Assembly (NCBI RefSeq): GCF_006345805.1
Contig: NC_043009.1
Location: 50,468,001-50,532,000 of the forward strand
DNA from: Octopus sinensis
Lineage: Eukaryota
Direction of reading: 5' to 3'
Length of the DNA: 64,000 nt
Positions 1-13,202 of this stretch are shown here, piece after piece; positions within the stretch are counted from its first letter, which is position 1, and every line of letters starts with the position of its first letter. The position numbers and the translations under genes are program-made. A model generated the notes under the pieces. The model had not been told where the DNA came from and searched no databases. It worked only from the letters and a program-made list of their open reading frames with translations.

Positions 1-227
1 AAGAAGAGAATCACTGCACGAAAGAATGAAAACAAAATGATTAAAAAATAGAAGTGAAAACAATAACAAAAGCTTCAAGTTAGCAGGATATTAAATAACT
101 CCAGTAAAACACAAGTGTTGGAATTCTTGCAAGACATTTCTAACATAACAAGCTTAATGGAAAATAAAGAGTCACCAAGGAAAAAAGCCTGTTGGTGGGC
201 TGAAAGGAAAGAGGGAGGGCCGAACGA

Positions 228-270
228 GGGGTGGGGTGGGAGGGAGATGATTGGGGTGGGGTGGGGGCGG
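228..270 (+). other. G-quadruplex-capable G-tract cluster
   Basis: GGGG-T-GGGG-T-GGG-A-GGG at 228-244 (four G>=3 runs, 1-nt loops), then GGGG-T-GGGG-T-GGGGG-C-GG at 253-270. Confidence 0.7.
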
Positions 271-360
271 AATGGAAATGTATACAGAAGAAAGTAGCTT
301 TCTCATGTTGTAGTTATTATAGAGTAATGTTCTGCTTCCTGTCTTTTTACCGAGAGTTAA

Positions 361-361
361 G

Positions 362-407
<46 letters not shown>

Positions 408-456
408 CTATGTGTAAGTGTGTGTTTGTATGTATTTATGAGAGAGAGACAAAGAC

Positions 457-490
<34 letters not shown>

Positions 491-616
491 CCTATGTAAG
501 TGTGTGTTTGTATGTGTTTATGAGAGAGAGAGAGAGACAAAGACAGAGAGAGAGAGAGAGAGGGAGAGAGTCTGTGTGTAAGTGTGTGTTTGTATGTGTT
601 TATGAGAGAGAGACAA

Positions 617-655
<39 letters not shown>

Positions 656-770
656 AAGTCTGTGTAAGTGTGTGTTTGTATGTGTTTATGAGAGAGAGAG
701 AGACAAAGACAGAGAGAGAGGGAGAGAGTCTATGTGTAAGTGTGTGTTTGTATGTGTTTATGAGAGAGGG
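361..770. repeat. Compound minisatellite, 5 units of about 60-90 bp
   Basis: The unit GACA(GA)n-GGGAGAGAGTCT-TGTGTAAGTGTGTGTTTGTATGTGTTTATG-(AG)n-ACAAA is repeated five times with variable (GA)n lengths. Confidence 0.9.
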
Positions 771-1370
771 GATAAGAGAAAACACTATGAGTTAGTGGTT
801 TTCTCTTAGGAACCCCATCCACTTGCCAAACAAGTGCAACTCTGAAAAACAATTACATTTTAGCTATTGCAAGCAAAGTCTCCTGACAAAAGTACTCCTC
901 CAATTCTTTTCAGTATCTCAGGTGTTGGTGAAGGATATTTTGTCATCAGGTGGTTACTATGATACTAATGGCATTAATTTACCTGTAACCAAGTTTTTAG
1001 AATTATAACACAGCTACTATACTACTATAACTATCAGTCTTTATAGCTTACAAATGGTACCATTAATGAATTTATTTTTTTTTAATCTTCTTGAGTGATT
1101 TGGGAACACTTTGCTTTCTTGGTATGTTGTAAGCCCTCCTGGAGATTAAGTCGTTTAGCTTAGTAATTTAAGAGCTGTACATATGAGAAAGAAATATAGA
1201 ATTTACTGCAGAATAAAAGGGTGAAGAAGAGATGCACTACAAGGGTGACAGGAATGGAACAGACATGATGGAACAAGATAAGAGCAGATGCTTTCAACTG
1301 AAAGATAGTCTGAGCACAGAAGGATAACACTAGAACTGTGAATTGAAGGATTTCTAAAGATTTCTCCACA

Positions 1371-1770
1371 AGGAGTGGCTGTGTGGTAAAAAGCTTGCTT
1401 ACCAACCACATGGTTCCGGGTTCAGTCCCACTGCATGGCACCTTGGGCAAGTGACTTCTACTATAGCCTCGGGCCGACCAAAGCCTTGTGAGTGGATTTG
1501 GTAGATGGAAACTGAAAGAAGCCCGTCGTATATATGTATATATATATGCATGTGTATGTTTGTGTGTCTGTGTTTGTCCCCTTAGCATTGCTTGACAACC
1601 GATGCTGTGGGTTTATGTCCCCGTTACTTAGCGGTTCGGCAAAAGAGACCGATAGAATAAGTACTGGGCTGACAAAGAATAATTCCCGGGGTCGATTTGC
1701 TCGACTAAAGGCGGTGCTCCAGCATGGTCGCAGTCAAATGACTGAAACAAGTAAAAGAGAGTAAAGAGTA
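1371..1770 (+). mobile_element. tRNA-derived SINE family A, near full length
   Basis: A-box-like TGGCTGTGTGG, B-box-like GGTTCAGTCCC, CCTTGGGCAAGT segment, internal (TA)/(TG) tract, tail ATGACTGAAACAAGTAAAAGAG. Matches about 9 other copies in the window. Confidence 0.9.
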
Positions 1771-2050
1771 AGTCAACCCAGGAATACAAAGTATCTGGTC
1801 TAAAATGAAGACTTGGTTTTTGTCTTTGAAAAGGAACACACAAAGAAAGAAAAATGACTGAAATGGTAGACGTCATTGTAATTAAACTTCAACAACGTAG
1901 TCTTGATTCTAAGGTGGCTAAAATTTTTAATGATGATCGTGCATTAATTATTTGTGTAGTGCTTATTCTATTTTAAGTAATTTTACTTCTTCAGCCGCTT
2001 TCTCCCTTTGCTAGCTGTTAGAATTGCATTAAAGTTTATTGTGGAACTAT

Positions 2051-2666
2051 ATTAGAACTTTAGGTCTCACTGAGGAAATGACTAGAGACCGAGACCTTTG
2101 GAAGTATGCTGTGCGTGAGAAGACCCGGCAAGACAAGTGAGACCATAACCCGTGGCCTCTACATGGGATGTAGCCAGTCCACTTATGCGTACCTTTCCTT
2201 CTTGGGACACAAAACTCTACTTGTGAAGACCTGTTGAGGCAAGTGAAAATCGAAATCGATCAACATCAATGGAAATTGCAGCTGTGATACCAGTGCTGGT
2301 GGTACATAAGAGAACCATCCGAATGTGGCCGTTGCCAGCGCTGCCCCAACTGGCCTCGTGCTGGGGTCACGTTAAAAGCACCATCCAATTGTGGCCGTTG
2401 CCAGCCTCGCCTGGCCCCCGTGCCGGTGGCACGTAAAAAGCACCATCTGATCGTGGCCGTTTGCCAACCTCGTCTGGCACGTAAGAATCACCCACTACAC
2501 TCACAGAGTGGTTGGTGTTAGGAAAGGCATCCAGCCATAGAAGCATTGCCAGATCAGACTGGGCCTGGTGCAGCCTTCTGGCTTCCCAGACCCCAGTTGA
2601 ACCGTCCAACCCATGCTAGCATGGAAAGCGGACGCTAAATGAAGATGATGATGATGAGATGATGAT
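2051..2666 (+). mobile_element. 5'-truncated RTE-type LINE (ORF2 C-terminus, 3'UTR with tandem ~55-bp repeats, (GAT)n tail)
   Basis: 2051-2140 translates IRTLGLTEEMTRDRDLWKYAVREKTRQDK*, the DRxxW ending typical of RTE ORF2. 3'UTR has GTGGCCGTTGCCAG...CACGTAAAAAGCACC repeats and ends GCATGGAAAGCGGACGCTAAAT(GAT)n. Possible TSD ATATTA (2049-2054, 2665-2670). Confidence 0.8.
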
Positions 2667-4027
2667 ATTACAAATGGTCAGATTTAAACAGGTTGACTGT
2701 TGCTAAGAACTCTTATATACTTATATAAGCAATCAAACAGTTGAGTGAAAACGTCTTTCAGTACTAACATCAGACATTAGTATTATGGAGCCACATGAAA
2801 AGAAGTCAGAATAATATGTCCAAACACTCTCTCCACAAAGAAGACAGCAAAAATTGACAAGTACGGATTGAGTTTGGATAATGTTGTATTATAATCATTG
2901 AGCTTCGCTAATCTTAGCATTAAGTACTTAAGAGATTTAGATGTCCTTTGTAGTTGAACTAGTAAATGACTATATTCTAATCACTGGGACATGATGTGGC
3001 ATACAGAGAGGGGGAAGGGGCAGCAGTTATTAAATGTTATCTGCAGCAGATTAATTCAATCAGAAACCAGCATTACAAACAATAAGAGTAATTGAATAAT
3101 TTTGTGTTTAATGCAATTATAGAAAGCAATAGATTTATCTAATTTTATAGGCTTGCATGTGTTTGTGTGTGTATTTCTGCATGATTATATTTGTCCAGCT
3201 CCAGATCAGGCTGAACTGATCAGACCCATGATCAAAAGCAATCCAGCCATGGAACCAGCCTGTCAATTTTGTATGTGTAGCGCTACTGGCCAAGGTGTCT
3301 CTCTCTCTCTTTCCAAGATGGCAGAGTGCGGTTTGAGAGACATTTGGTTGCTACTTCTTGAAGACTGTGCAAATCATGTAAAGGCCCTTTAGTTAGCTCA
3401 TGATGTATATATTTCCTTTGGTAGGCATAATTAGTAATTCATAAAACATCATGTATAAAGTTTATTTTCATAACTGAAATTGATAAACACAAAATGTTTG
3501 TGTGAATACGTGTGGTAGTGAAAAGGATTGATTATAACAAAATATCAACAAAAACAACCATGACAGGTTCCCCACCCTTTACTGTGGGTTCCTGTTGTTT
3601 GGTTAGAAAATTAAAAGAAGAAATCTAAGATCAGAGACAATTTTAGAAAGTGTGTGTGTGTGTGTATTTGCCATTATAGTAAGGCTGAAATCTTACAAAA
3701 AGATACAGATGTCAAAGGATTATGCTGATAAGGGTTGCTGCAACAATAGGAAGTGGGGAAGAGAGAAGACCATAAGACTATATAAATAAACATTAACTAT
3801 TTATTGTGTGTGTGTGTGGCATTTGCATGTGTATTTTCTCCTTCCATCTCAGCATGCACCATTCACCCAGTCTTTAATATAGTTCCTTTATCCTTTCCTA
3901 TCCATATAGGAGGTCTACCCAGTTTATAGATCCTGAGAATGATACAGTGTTAAAATGAGCTCTTGATCCTTTCCTTGAACATGATCATACAATATTCTTG
4001 TATGAACAAACACACATACATAGAAGG

Positions 4028-4090
<63 letters not shown>

Positions 4091-4756
4091 AAAGAGAGAG
4101 AGAGAGAGAGAGGGGGAGAGAGAGACTCCATCAATCTAGTTTCTTTCTCAGAAGAGCAATTCATTGCATGTGCAAGTGATGATATAAGTGTAAGCTTTAT
4201 ATGCAGACTTTGATAAATAACTATATCAACCTAACAAAAATTTGAACCCCCAGTATCAATATTATTACCCTAAGGTTGTAACAATTACAATGCCCCAATA
4301 AAAACAACTCAAATTGAAAACTTAGATTCATCAGAGTCATCTTTTTTTTAGGTTCTCTCTCACGAAATAATTACTGTCCTAAGACAAGAGCTTAACTGAA
4401 CTGCATGAATGGTTAAATGGTTTAGAATGTGGGGGTACTAAATAATGGATTCAGATACTACTGTAGGTAGCACCTAATACAACAATCACATTTAGTCTTA
4501 AGCACTTGGAGAAAAATGTAACCACCCACATGCTTCATCACTCTGTACCTCACTCAGCTAAAAATACATAATACTCCCACTTAGCCGATGAGTTATTAGT
4601 GGTATGCAGAACATTCAGTTATAAACTATTTGCTACAACAATTCATGCAAATGAATAAGCTAGGCTATAATAGCAAAGGAAAACAGATGTGAAGTATGTG
4701 TATGTGTGTGTGTGTGTGTGCGTGTGTGCGCGTGTGTGTGTGTGTGCATGTGGCCT

Positions 4757-4960
4757 TGGGAGTTAGGGTTTTAGGCTCATGTTCATTAAGTTGTGGGTTC
4801 TATTCTTGGACCAGGTAGTGTGCTGTGTCCTTGATCAAGGCACTTCATTTCATGTTACTTCAGTCAACTCAACTGAAAATGTAAGCCAGCCAGGTTCTGG
4901 TGCAGCTCTTTCTGGATCCAACTATCATATTTTCATGTTCCACTGGATTATAGGTGCAAG
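4757..4960 (+). mobile_element. Diverged SINE, family E-like
   Basis: GTTAGGGTTTTAGGCTCATG head remnant and TGTGTCCTTGATCAAGGCACTTCATTTCATGTT core, homologous to the copies at 38676 and 42762. Confidence 0.55.
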
Positions 4961-5254
4961 TGCCTAGGGAGGTGTCTATATTGGCTCATACCCAATATAG
5001 GCACCAAAAACAATCAGTGAAACATGGTACATGCTACCAAGTCACACTCATTTGCAAATGATGGCTAAGATTTTATACCTTTCTATACCTCTGTGTGTGT
5101 GTGTGTTACAGAAAGGGACTCCTAACATCCAACGTAAGCTTCCATCCAATATTTGTGTAAGCAAACTGATATTCCAACAACATCAGGATGCCTGAAGTTG
5201 AACCTCATTCAGACCATAGGGCTCATGTGCCACTTATATAGACTCAAATTATAA

Positions 5255-5630
5255 TACTCTTTACTCTTTTACTTGTTTCAGTCATTTGACTGCGGCCATG
5301 CTGGAGCATCGCCTTTAATCGAGCAACTCGACCCCGGGACTTATTCTTTTGTAAGCCCAGTACTTATTCTATCAGTCTCTTTTGCTGAACCACTAAGTAA
5401 CGGGGGACATAAACACACCAGCATCGGTTGTCAAGCAATTCTAAGGGGACAAACACAGACACACAAACACACACACGCATATATATATACATATATACGA
5501 TGGGCTTCTTTCAGATTCCATCTACCAAATCCACTCACAAGGCTTTGGTCAGCCCAAGGTGCCACGCAGTGGGACTGAACCCGGAACCATGTGGTTGGTA
5601 AACAAGCTACTTACCACACAGCCACTCTTG
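5255..5630 (-). mobile_element. SINE family A with internal deletion
   Basis: Reverse complement of the family A consensus. The ~25-bp GAGGCTATAGTAGAAGACACTTGCC segment is missing between GCCC microhomologies. Confidence 0.9.
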
Positions 5631-6641
5631 TATAACTTCTGTTTCAGAAAGATAACCTGATTGAGTGGATGAAGTGCTTGCTATGAGAATTTGTGGCATA
5701 GATGCTTAAAACATGGATCAAGGATTAACTGTTCCACAGTAGGCATTATGTTGAGTTCTTGATGAAAATTTTAACTCTGCTTTGATTCTGTAAACATGAA
5801 TGATGGACTCTCTCGTCAAAGACAATGTACGAGTGTTAAGCTTTTGCCGAACGACCTGCACAAATAATTTGTTTATTATGATCAAATGTATGTGCTGTGT
5901 ATTAGCTCACTCTCTCTATCAAATCGAAGTTGCTTGACTAGGTGCACAGTGTACCATGCATCAGGTGTCAAAGTGATTGCAGAGCAATGTGAAATGAAGT
6001 ATTTTGCTCAAGAACGCAACACACTACACAGTCTAGGAATTGAAACCATGATCTTGCAATTGTTAGTGCCACACCCTAACTACTAGGTTGTGCATCCTCA
6101 CTTGAATAATGACCATCTAATTAATATCCTAACAAGAGGTAAATTTGTTTTGGGCCACATTTAACAAGCTAGTGTAATAGGGATTTTAAATGTTGGTAAT
6201 AAGGGAATTGATATTTGAAACTACAAAAACGAACTGGAAGAGAGATAAAAGCTTGTTAAACTTAGGTAAAATTTTTGTTCAAAACATGGAGGTGACAGGT
6301 AAATAAAATAGACAGACAGAAAAACAAATAAGATATAGAGATAGATGAAGATATATAAACAGGCAAAATGCTTTTAAATATTCATCTTAGAAGATATCAG
6401 CAAGAACTAATCAAAAGAAAACGGTTGCCCACTAATTAGAAGTTAAGAAGTAATGAAATAAATACTAATAAATAACGGGCGTTAATAACTGAAGTTCATC
6501 AAGAAAACTAGCGATGAAAAAATAGCAAAGGAATATATTTGATATTCTCTTCAAAGACATCCAAAATAATGTATAGGGAACTGCTGATGATGCAATTGCC
6601 AGTGTAATAAATATTTATTTATTCCACAGAGAAACACTTAC

Positions 6642-6718
6642 CTCTCAAATTTTTCAATACCTTTCAATTTTTTACAATTACTGAAGAACATAAAACTGTC
6701 AGGCTGGGTAATACTTAC
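6642..6718 (-). other. Candidate 77-nt exon or recursive-splice exon
   Basis: Minus strand reads tttatttcttattcatttcag|GTAAGT...GAG|gtaagt. Open only in phase 0 (VSITQPDSFMFFSNCKKLKGIEKFE). No homology recognised. Confidence 0.35.
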
Positions 6719-7675
6719 CTGAAATGAATAAGAAATAAATACATTTTAGAATAATTCATAATTCCTTATATAGATATGAAACACATTTTTAAGTAAACAA
6801 AGTTGGACCAGGGACAACACTTGTAATTTTAACTATGTATGAACATTTGATCTAAACAGCAATCCCAGAAAATGTTTAAATTTTGAGTGTCAGCATTATA
6901 TTAAATAATATTGGTGTATTTCATAGATTTTTTTCTCTTTTAATAATCTTTTGGGTATTGTTATATACGTCAGTATGTGTGACCATCTTAACATTTGTGT
7001 ATACAAACTAAAAGTTATTCTCAATACATGTAATAAATAATCCACTTCATTAGACCACTGAAGTTTGCTTGTACATAGAAAGATTTGAAATGAAGACAGA
7101 AATAAATATCCAAGAATATTTAAGTACGGTAGTGTAGCATTTCTGCTCATTCAACGGCAAAATTCAATAACCAATTAATACCAAAGAATCAATTTTCCTA
7201 AAGGGACACCAGTGTATGGGTGATGTTAGTTTACACAATCCTAATGTCATAACCTGAATATTGAGAAGCAAATGGAATGTATAGGAACAAATGAGGTATG
7301 TAAGAGCAAAATACTCAATGAAATATCAACAATGACCACCATAATGGTTTATTTGGATTGGCTAGGTGCAAGGCCAAATTCTTTAAATCAATGTAACAGA
7401 CCCATTGAATTAATCAGGGAGTTATTTCATCAATCTCAGTGAAATCATTAACAAAGTCAATTGATGTGATCTGCTAATTGGGGACACCGATCATTTATCT
7501 GGTATTTTCATCAAATTGACTGAATCATGAAATGCTGTAATACAAAGAAGAATGAGAATGTGTAATATTGCAGTCCCTAAAGACAAAACAGAATATAACT
7601 GAGGAACATAGAGGGGGTTATCTAGAGGTGCAGTAGAAGCTCACAAGAAACAGCTTGAAACATTACAATAATTCT

Positions 7676-7870
7676 TTCTAATTTCTGACATGAGGCCAGC
7701 AATTTTGAGGGGAAGGGAGAGTTGATTACATCAACCCAACTGCTGAAATGTTTCTTATTTTATCGATACCAAAAGGATAAAAAGCCAAGTCAACCTCAGC
7801 ACCATTTGAACTCAGAATGTAAAACTGGAAGAAATGCTGTGTGCTAATGATTCTACTGGTTCATTGCCCT
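7676..7870 (-). mobile_element. Diverged SINE family B variant
   Basis: AGGCCAGCAATTTTGAGGGG...GATTACATCAACCC...GGATAAAAAGCCAAGTCAACCTCAGC...TTTGAACTCAGAATG. Confidence 0.7.
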
Positions 7871-8394
7871 CAAGACATGGTTAGAATAAAAACTGTTTCT
7901 CGCTTAAGTTCAAGACCAGATATCAGTGGAGGACAGGGGAAGATTTTTTATAAATTCTACTGCAGTACTTGACTGGTGCTTATTTTATCAAACCCCCAAA
8001 AGAATACACTAATTCAGGATCAGAATTATAATAGGGAAGAGAAACACGAGACTGTGTGCCATCCATAGATTTTTTTCAGAAGTAATAATGATGTAGGTAA
8101 AGTAAAATGGCTAAAACTGGGAATTGAAACCGAATCACTCACACTTCTACCTACAACATTCGTTACAACATTCTGTTCGATGAATTAAAGTGAACCTACA
8201 TATATTGAAATATATTGATAACTAAACTATATGTCATATAATGAATATATCATATTAGCAATAGTTTTTCAGCTACTCAATTTCAGCACATTGTAAGCAA
8301 CCTGAATATGCATGTATATATATAAATACATAAGTAAGTTCCGCCAACAAAGAATAATGGATTAAATTATGTATGTATGGATGCATATATGCAT

Positions 8395-8499
8395 GCACAC
8401 ACACACACACACACACATATATATGTATATGTGTGTGTGTGTATGTAGATAAATGTGTGTGTGTATGTAGATAAATGTGTGTGTGCATATATATATATG

Positions 8500-8537
<38 letters not shown>

Positions 8538-8564
8538 TATACATATACATATATATTATATATG

Positions 8565-8622
<58 letters not shown>

Positions 8623-8780
8623 ATTATATATATATATATATACATATATATACATATACATACTTATACACATATATACATATATACACATATATAACAA
8701 GGGAAAACACACACATCTATTTATATATATAGAGAGAGATATGTGTGCATATATATATATATGTGTGTGCGTGTGTGTAC
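8395..8780. repeat. Compound (CA)n/(TA)n/(TG)n microsatellite block
   Basis: Direct reading. It is the source of the spurious YIYI-type ORFs. Confidence 0.95.
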
Positions 8781-9650
8781 ATGTATGTTAATACACACAC
8801 AAATTGGAAATCTATTAGCAGCAAGAAGACTTCATTGCATTTTTATAGTTTTTTTTCATTCTTACTTATCAATACTAGCAACACTATGAAACAAACAGAA
8901 TGCACCTTTTCAATCAATAAAGCATACATATGCACGCATTATTTTATATGTGTGTGTATATATATATATATGTGTATGTATGTATATACAGGGCACACTG
9001 CTAAGTAATCCTTATATTACAGAATATCCATATCGCAACAGTAAGGATTCTTGAGCTTAAAACTTCAAGATTAAAACAAAAATTTGAAATAATGCAAACT
9101 CTACAATTTCTTTTTTGTTGATAATTCTTTTTTTTTTGCCATGCTATTGAATTGTATTTTTTATTTCATTTATTACATTTTTATGTATGCTTTATAAAAT
9201 TACACTTTTTCTCTCAGCTCAAGTTTTTTTTTTCTCCTTTGTATAATTCTTTTATTTTTTTTTGGTTTTTTTTTTTGGGGTGGTGGGCAGGAACTTGGAA
9301 AGTGAGCTTAGTGAACAAACAATACAAAGAAGAATGAAGAGGAAAAATTGTAGAATTATGGTTCACTTCAAACTATATAACTGTATCAACTATATCTATC
9401 CATTTTCTTTCTGGTAAGTCTACTTAGTTCCAAAGACATATGCTCACTCTTTCTTTCTGAAATTTTCAACCACATACATATATAACTATATATATGTGTT
9501 CAAAATATGCACATATGCACACATATGTGGTTTGGGGGTACATGCACACACACACACACACCTGTATGTATGCAACCTACAGAAAGCAGGAAGAAAATCT
9601 AGTGATAGGATGTGAAGGAATGAAACTTTTTTTTATATGGAGAGTGGGAG

Positions 9651-9683
<33 letters not shown>

Positions 9684-10060
9684 TGCTGAAATATTCTTGC
9701 TCTATTTATAAGTATTTTTTTTATTAAAAAATTCGTTTTCTTTTCTTTCTTCTTTTTATTACATTTATACTATTTTCAAAAATGGAAGTCTGTTTTAATG
9801 AAAAGTAGGAGAAGAGATAAGAAACTATAGAACTATACTTTGCAAAAATTTTCAAGTTATCAGTACTGAATCTAAATAACAGAAATGTTAAAGAATTGTT
9901 GTTGTTTTATATATATACTAGTTTAATATTTTTTTTAATGTTTTATATTCTTGTTTTAATTTCTTGTTGCTCATATCTTTTCTTAAAGATTATCCTAACA
10001 TATTCCAACTATCTTTCAATTCAAATAAGAATCATGTGCATTTACATAGTAGAAGCTTAC

Positions 10061-10141
10061 TGCTGTCAACAGCCAAAATGACCTAGCATTGCTTCCTGTT
10101 CCTACCACCAGTTTTATATGCTTGTCTGGGCTTGGATGCCT
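10061..10141 (-). CDS. Candidate 81-nt internal exon of unknown gene
   Basis: ttttag|AGG...GCA|gtaagc. Open only in phase 0: RHPSPDKHIKLVVGTGSNARSFWLLTA. Phase-compatible with 6642-6718. No homolog recognised. Confidence 0.25.
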
Positions 10142-10910
10142 CTAAAATTTTGAATACTTCCTAGCATTTATCAACAAGTGTTTCTATTACTAAATGCTTT
10201 GTTGGTATCAATATTTTAAAACTAATTTTTAGAAATAAGTTTAATGCATGTCAGTCACCTCGTTTAGTGCCACTAACCAGCTCTTGGGTGCCTTTTAGCA
10301 AAGTTTACTCTACTGTAGGTATTTAGATCAGGTAGCAGCAACCCTTATAATTTAAAGGAAGGATTTTTCTTCCTATTCCTTTGCCCACCTCAGAGAACCT
10401 GCATAAGAGTATTTGTGGAGAGGGGTCATGGAAGAAGCAAACAGTACGCAGTTGCAGCCTTTTGGAGTTGGCCTTGTTGGTGTTGGATGGAGAGTGAAAC
10501 CCTGGCAATAGATAACCACTTACAAAAGAAAATATTTTTCCTTAAACTTATGCATAACACACACACACACACACACAAACAAAATAACAGTAGTTTTCTA
10601 CCTAGCACCACTGATTGGTGGCAACCTCTGGCATGAAGTAAGTCTGAAGAGATGACAGATAACGCTAAGAGTTATTATGTCTATTATGTCTATTAAGCAG
10701 ACCAGTGTTGCATTAAAAAAAAACAAAAAAAACAAGAAAGAGAAAAAGAATAAAATCAAATAAAAATCAGTAACGTTAAAGAAACAAAAATTTAATTGCT
10801 TAAAGATGTACGATTAGCTATATGCATATATGTTGGCTTAGAATTTCAAGTAAAATAGAGAAACTCTTACGATAGTACTTAAACATAATTGAACCAAGCA
10901 ACATGATGGC

Positions 10911-10911
10911 A

Positions 10912-10958
<47 letters not shown>

Positions 10959-10959
10959 A
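10911..10959. repeat. (AAAT)n microsatellite
   Basis: About 12 perfect units. Confidence 0.95.
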
Positions 10960-11081
10960 ACTATGAAAAAATATTTTTTACAAAAAAAAAAAAAAGGAAA
11001 GCAGAAAGTGAAGATTAATCATTAACATTCATCCATTTGAGAACAGACATTTTATGCAAATCTTACAAATATGTCCATGTT

Positions 11082-11129
<48 letters not shown>

Positions 11130-11929
11130 TTATATACACAAGTGCAAACTCATTAAACTGTGTAAACTTGCTGCCATGATGATACAAAACTGGAAAACAG
11201 AAATTATCAAAATGAAGAAACAGAGAAATAAATTCACATTAAAGACTTCCTTCATATTTATAGATATTGTTTTGTTTGCTTTATAATTAGTTTGAAGTTT
11301 ATTGATATTTTACACCATTCTATTTGTTAGTAATTAATATTTATATTTTGTTTGTTTTTATCTAAGTCCATTTATTCATAATCATGTGTATTGTGTATAT
11401 ATATTTGTGCATATGTACATACACACACGCATATATATATATATATACATATATGCATACATATATATACATACACATATATATATATATATAAATACAT
11501 ACATAATATGCACATATCTATATATAAAGACACACATATGTATCTACATATATACATACATACATACATACATACAAACACACATACATACACACATAAA
11601 CATACACCCGTCCACCCACCTACACACCCACACACACATATAAGAGAGATAGAGAGAGAGGGGTTGGGGGTTGGAGAGTGCATGTATCAGGATGCTTAAC
11701 AAGCAAATGTTGAGACCATCTTAACAAGTCCTAATCTCAACTAATCTTTGGAATGGTGAAAAATAAGCTCATTCAAAACTGCTAAAAAGCCTAAACCATT
11801 ACAGATGTAGAAAGTTTAGTTTGAAATAACACTACTGCACATCCTGAGATCATTTCCACCATCATTTTGGCAATCAAATAAATTTTGTCTCAGGAATATC
11901 ATGACATTACATATACACATATGCACACA

Positions 11930-11977
<48 letters not shown>

Positions 11978-12981
11978 CTTTTTCTAATATATCTCCAGGG
12001 ACTCAAATTTAGATTTAGTGCATTTGTTTCTAAGTGCTCCAAAATTTTTATTCCTTTTTGTTTTTACTTAAAATACATTATTATCATTATTATCATTGCT
12101 ATTATTATTTTTATTATTATCATTACTGTTGTTATTAGTTTTCTAGCACAGGAGATGTTGAGAACTTAATTTAAATCTGTGGCAATGTACTATGGACATG
12201 TGTGGGTTGGAGAGTAGACAAAAGGCAGTTACCCCCTTGAGCAGTTAACAAAAAATATGTAAAGAGAGAACTTGCACATGATCAGCAAATTAAGACATAT
12301 GCAATAAAATATTATTTACATTGTTTAACAGCAGCAAAAATATAACAACATAGAAGAAAGTAAACATACAAATTGGTAATTATTATTAGTGAGATATTTC
12401 AATTAATTAACTAACTGTAAAACGTGACTCAGTTAGGGTGTCGGTATAGTTGTGTGGTTAAGAAGTTTGCATCATGACATAGTTTAATTGGTACAATTTC
12501 AACACCAAAGACAAGTGACTTCTACAACAGCTACTGGTTGACCAAAACCAGATGAATAAATTTTCACTGAAGGAATCCTTATAGAAGCCCAGGATGACCA
12601 TTTCTGTTCTTGGGTGAGAGACTTAATCCAGTCACCCATTTTAAGACCATTATTGAGCCATGACCACCTATGGCAAAATGTACTCTGTCGGAAGTATTCA
12701 AGCCAAATTTCTATTTTCTTCAGGTGGAAGTATTCAAGACAATCTCCTCTCTTTCTTCCACTAGTTAGAGAAACTCTGAAAAAGGACTAGACCACTGTGC
12801 CTATTCCTCTGTCTAAGGTATACAAACATTCTTAAACTTAATTTATTTGCTGAGCAGTGGACCCCTAAAGGCATCAAATCAGCATAGTGTTCGATAGAAT
12901 ACCTCAAGATATTTGTTCTGACTCCCTGGACTTTTGAGTTCAATTTCTTGTCAACTTTGCCTTTCAACATTTTAGGGTTAA

Positions 12982-13202
12982 ACCTTTTGATACCAACCTG
13001 GCTGAAACCGCCTCTGGTTCTGTAGTACAAATGTCTTGTTTTCAAAAGTTCTGATTTAAAATCTTCCACCAAACCTTAGTCACAATTTATGTTCCTAACA
13101 CTAGCTTAATGATAACTAAGTTATTTTACTAAATTCTTTGTTATATTTGCGGTAATTGAAAGAAAGACAGAGCATCTCAACAGAAATATAGTAACGAAAG
13201 GG
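12982..13202. mobile_element. piggyBac-like MITE (family 1)
   Basis: TTAA at 12978-12981 and 13203-13206. Termini ACCTTTTGATAC and GTAACGAAAGGG. Interior is homologous to the copies at 35782, 40914 and 52040. Confidence 0.75.

Noticed and set aside
361-770. Repeat-spacer appearance suggestive of CRISPR
   Set aside because: The spacers are (GA)n of variable length, the context is eukaryotic, and there are no cas genes.
1160-1764. Recurrent ORFs such as MLRGQTQTHKH... and GTEPGTMWLV... in several places
   Set aside because: They are translations of SINE family A bodies, not genes.
8273-9008. Many overlapping ORFs rich in Y/I/H/T/C/V (also 11.4, 18, 22.6, 28.4, 29.3, 45, 56.3 kb)
   Set aside because: They are translations of (TA)n/(CA)n/(TG)n microsatellites, which lack stop codons in several frames.
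9291-9413. Plus-strand AG...GTAAGT 123-nt open segment
   Set aside because: A G-run interrupts the pyrimidine tract next to the AG, no homology, and no compatible neighbouring exon.
10278-10643. Two further minus-strand exon-like blocks upstream of 10141
   Set aside because: The phases are incompatible or contain stops when joined to 10061-10141, so a coding chain cannot be supported.
12761-13072. 103-aa minus-strand ORF
   Set aside because: It spans a MITE and a decayed SINE B fragment.
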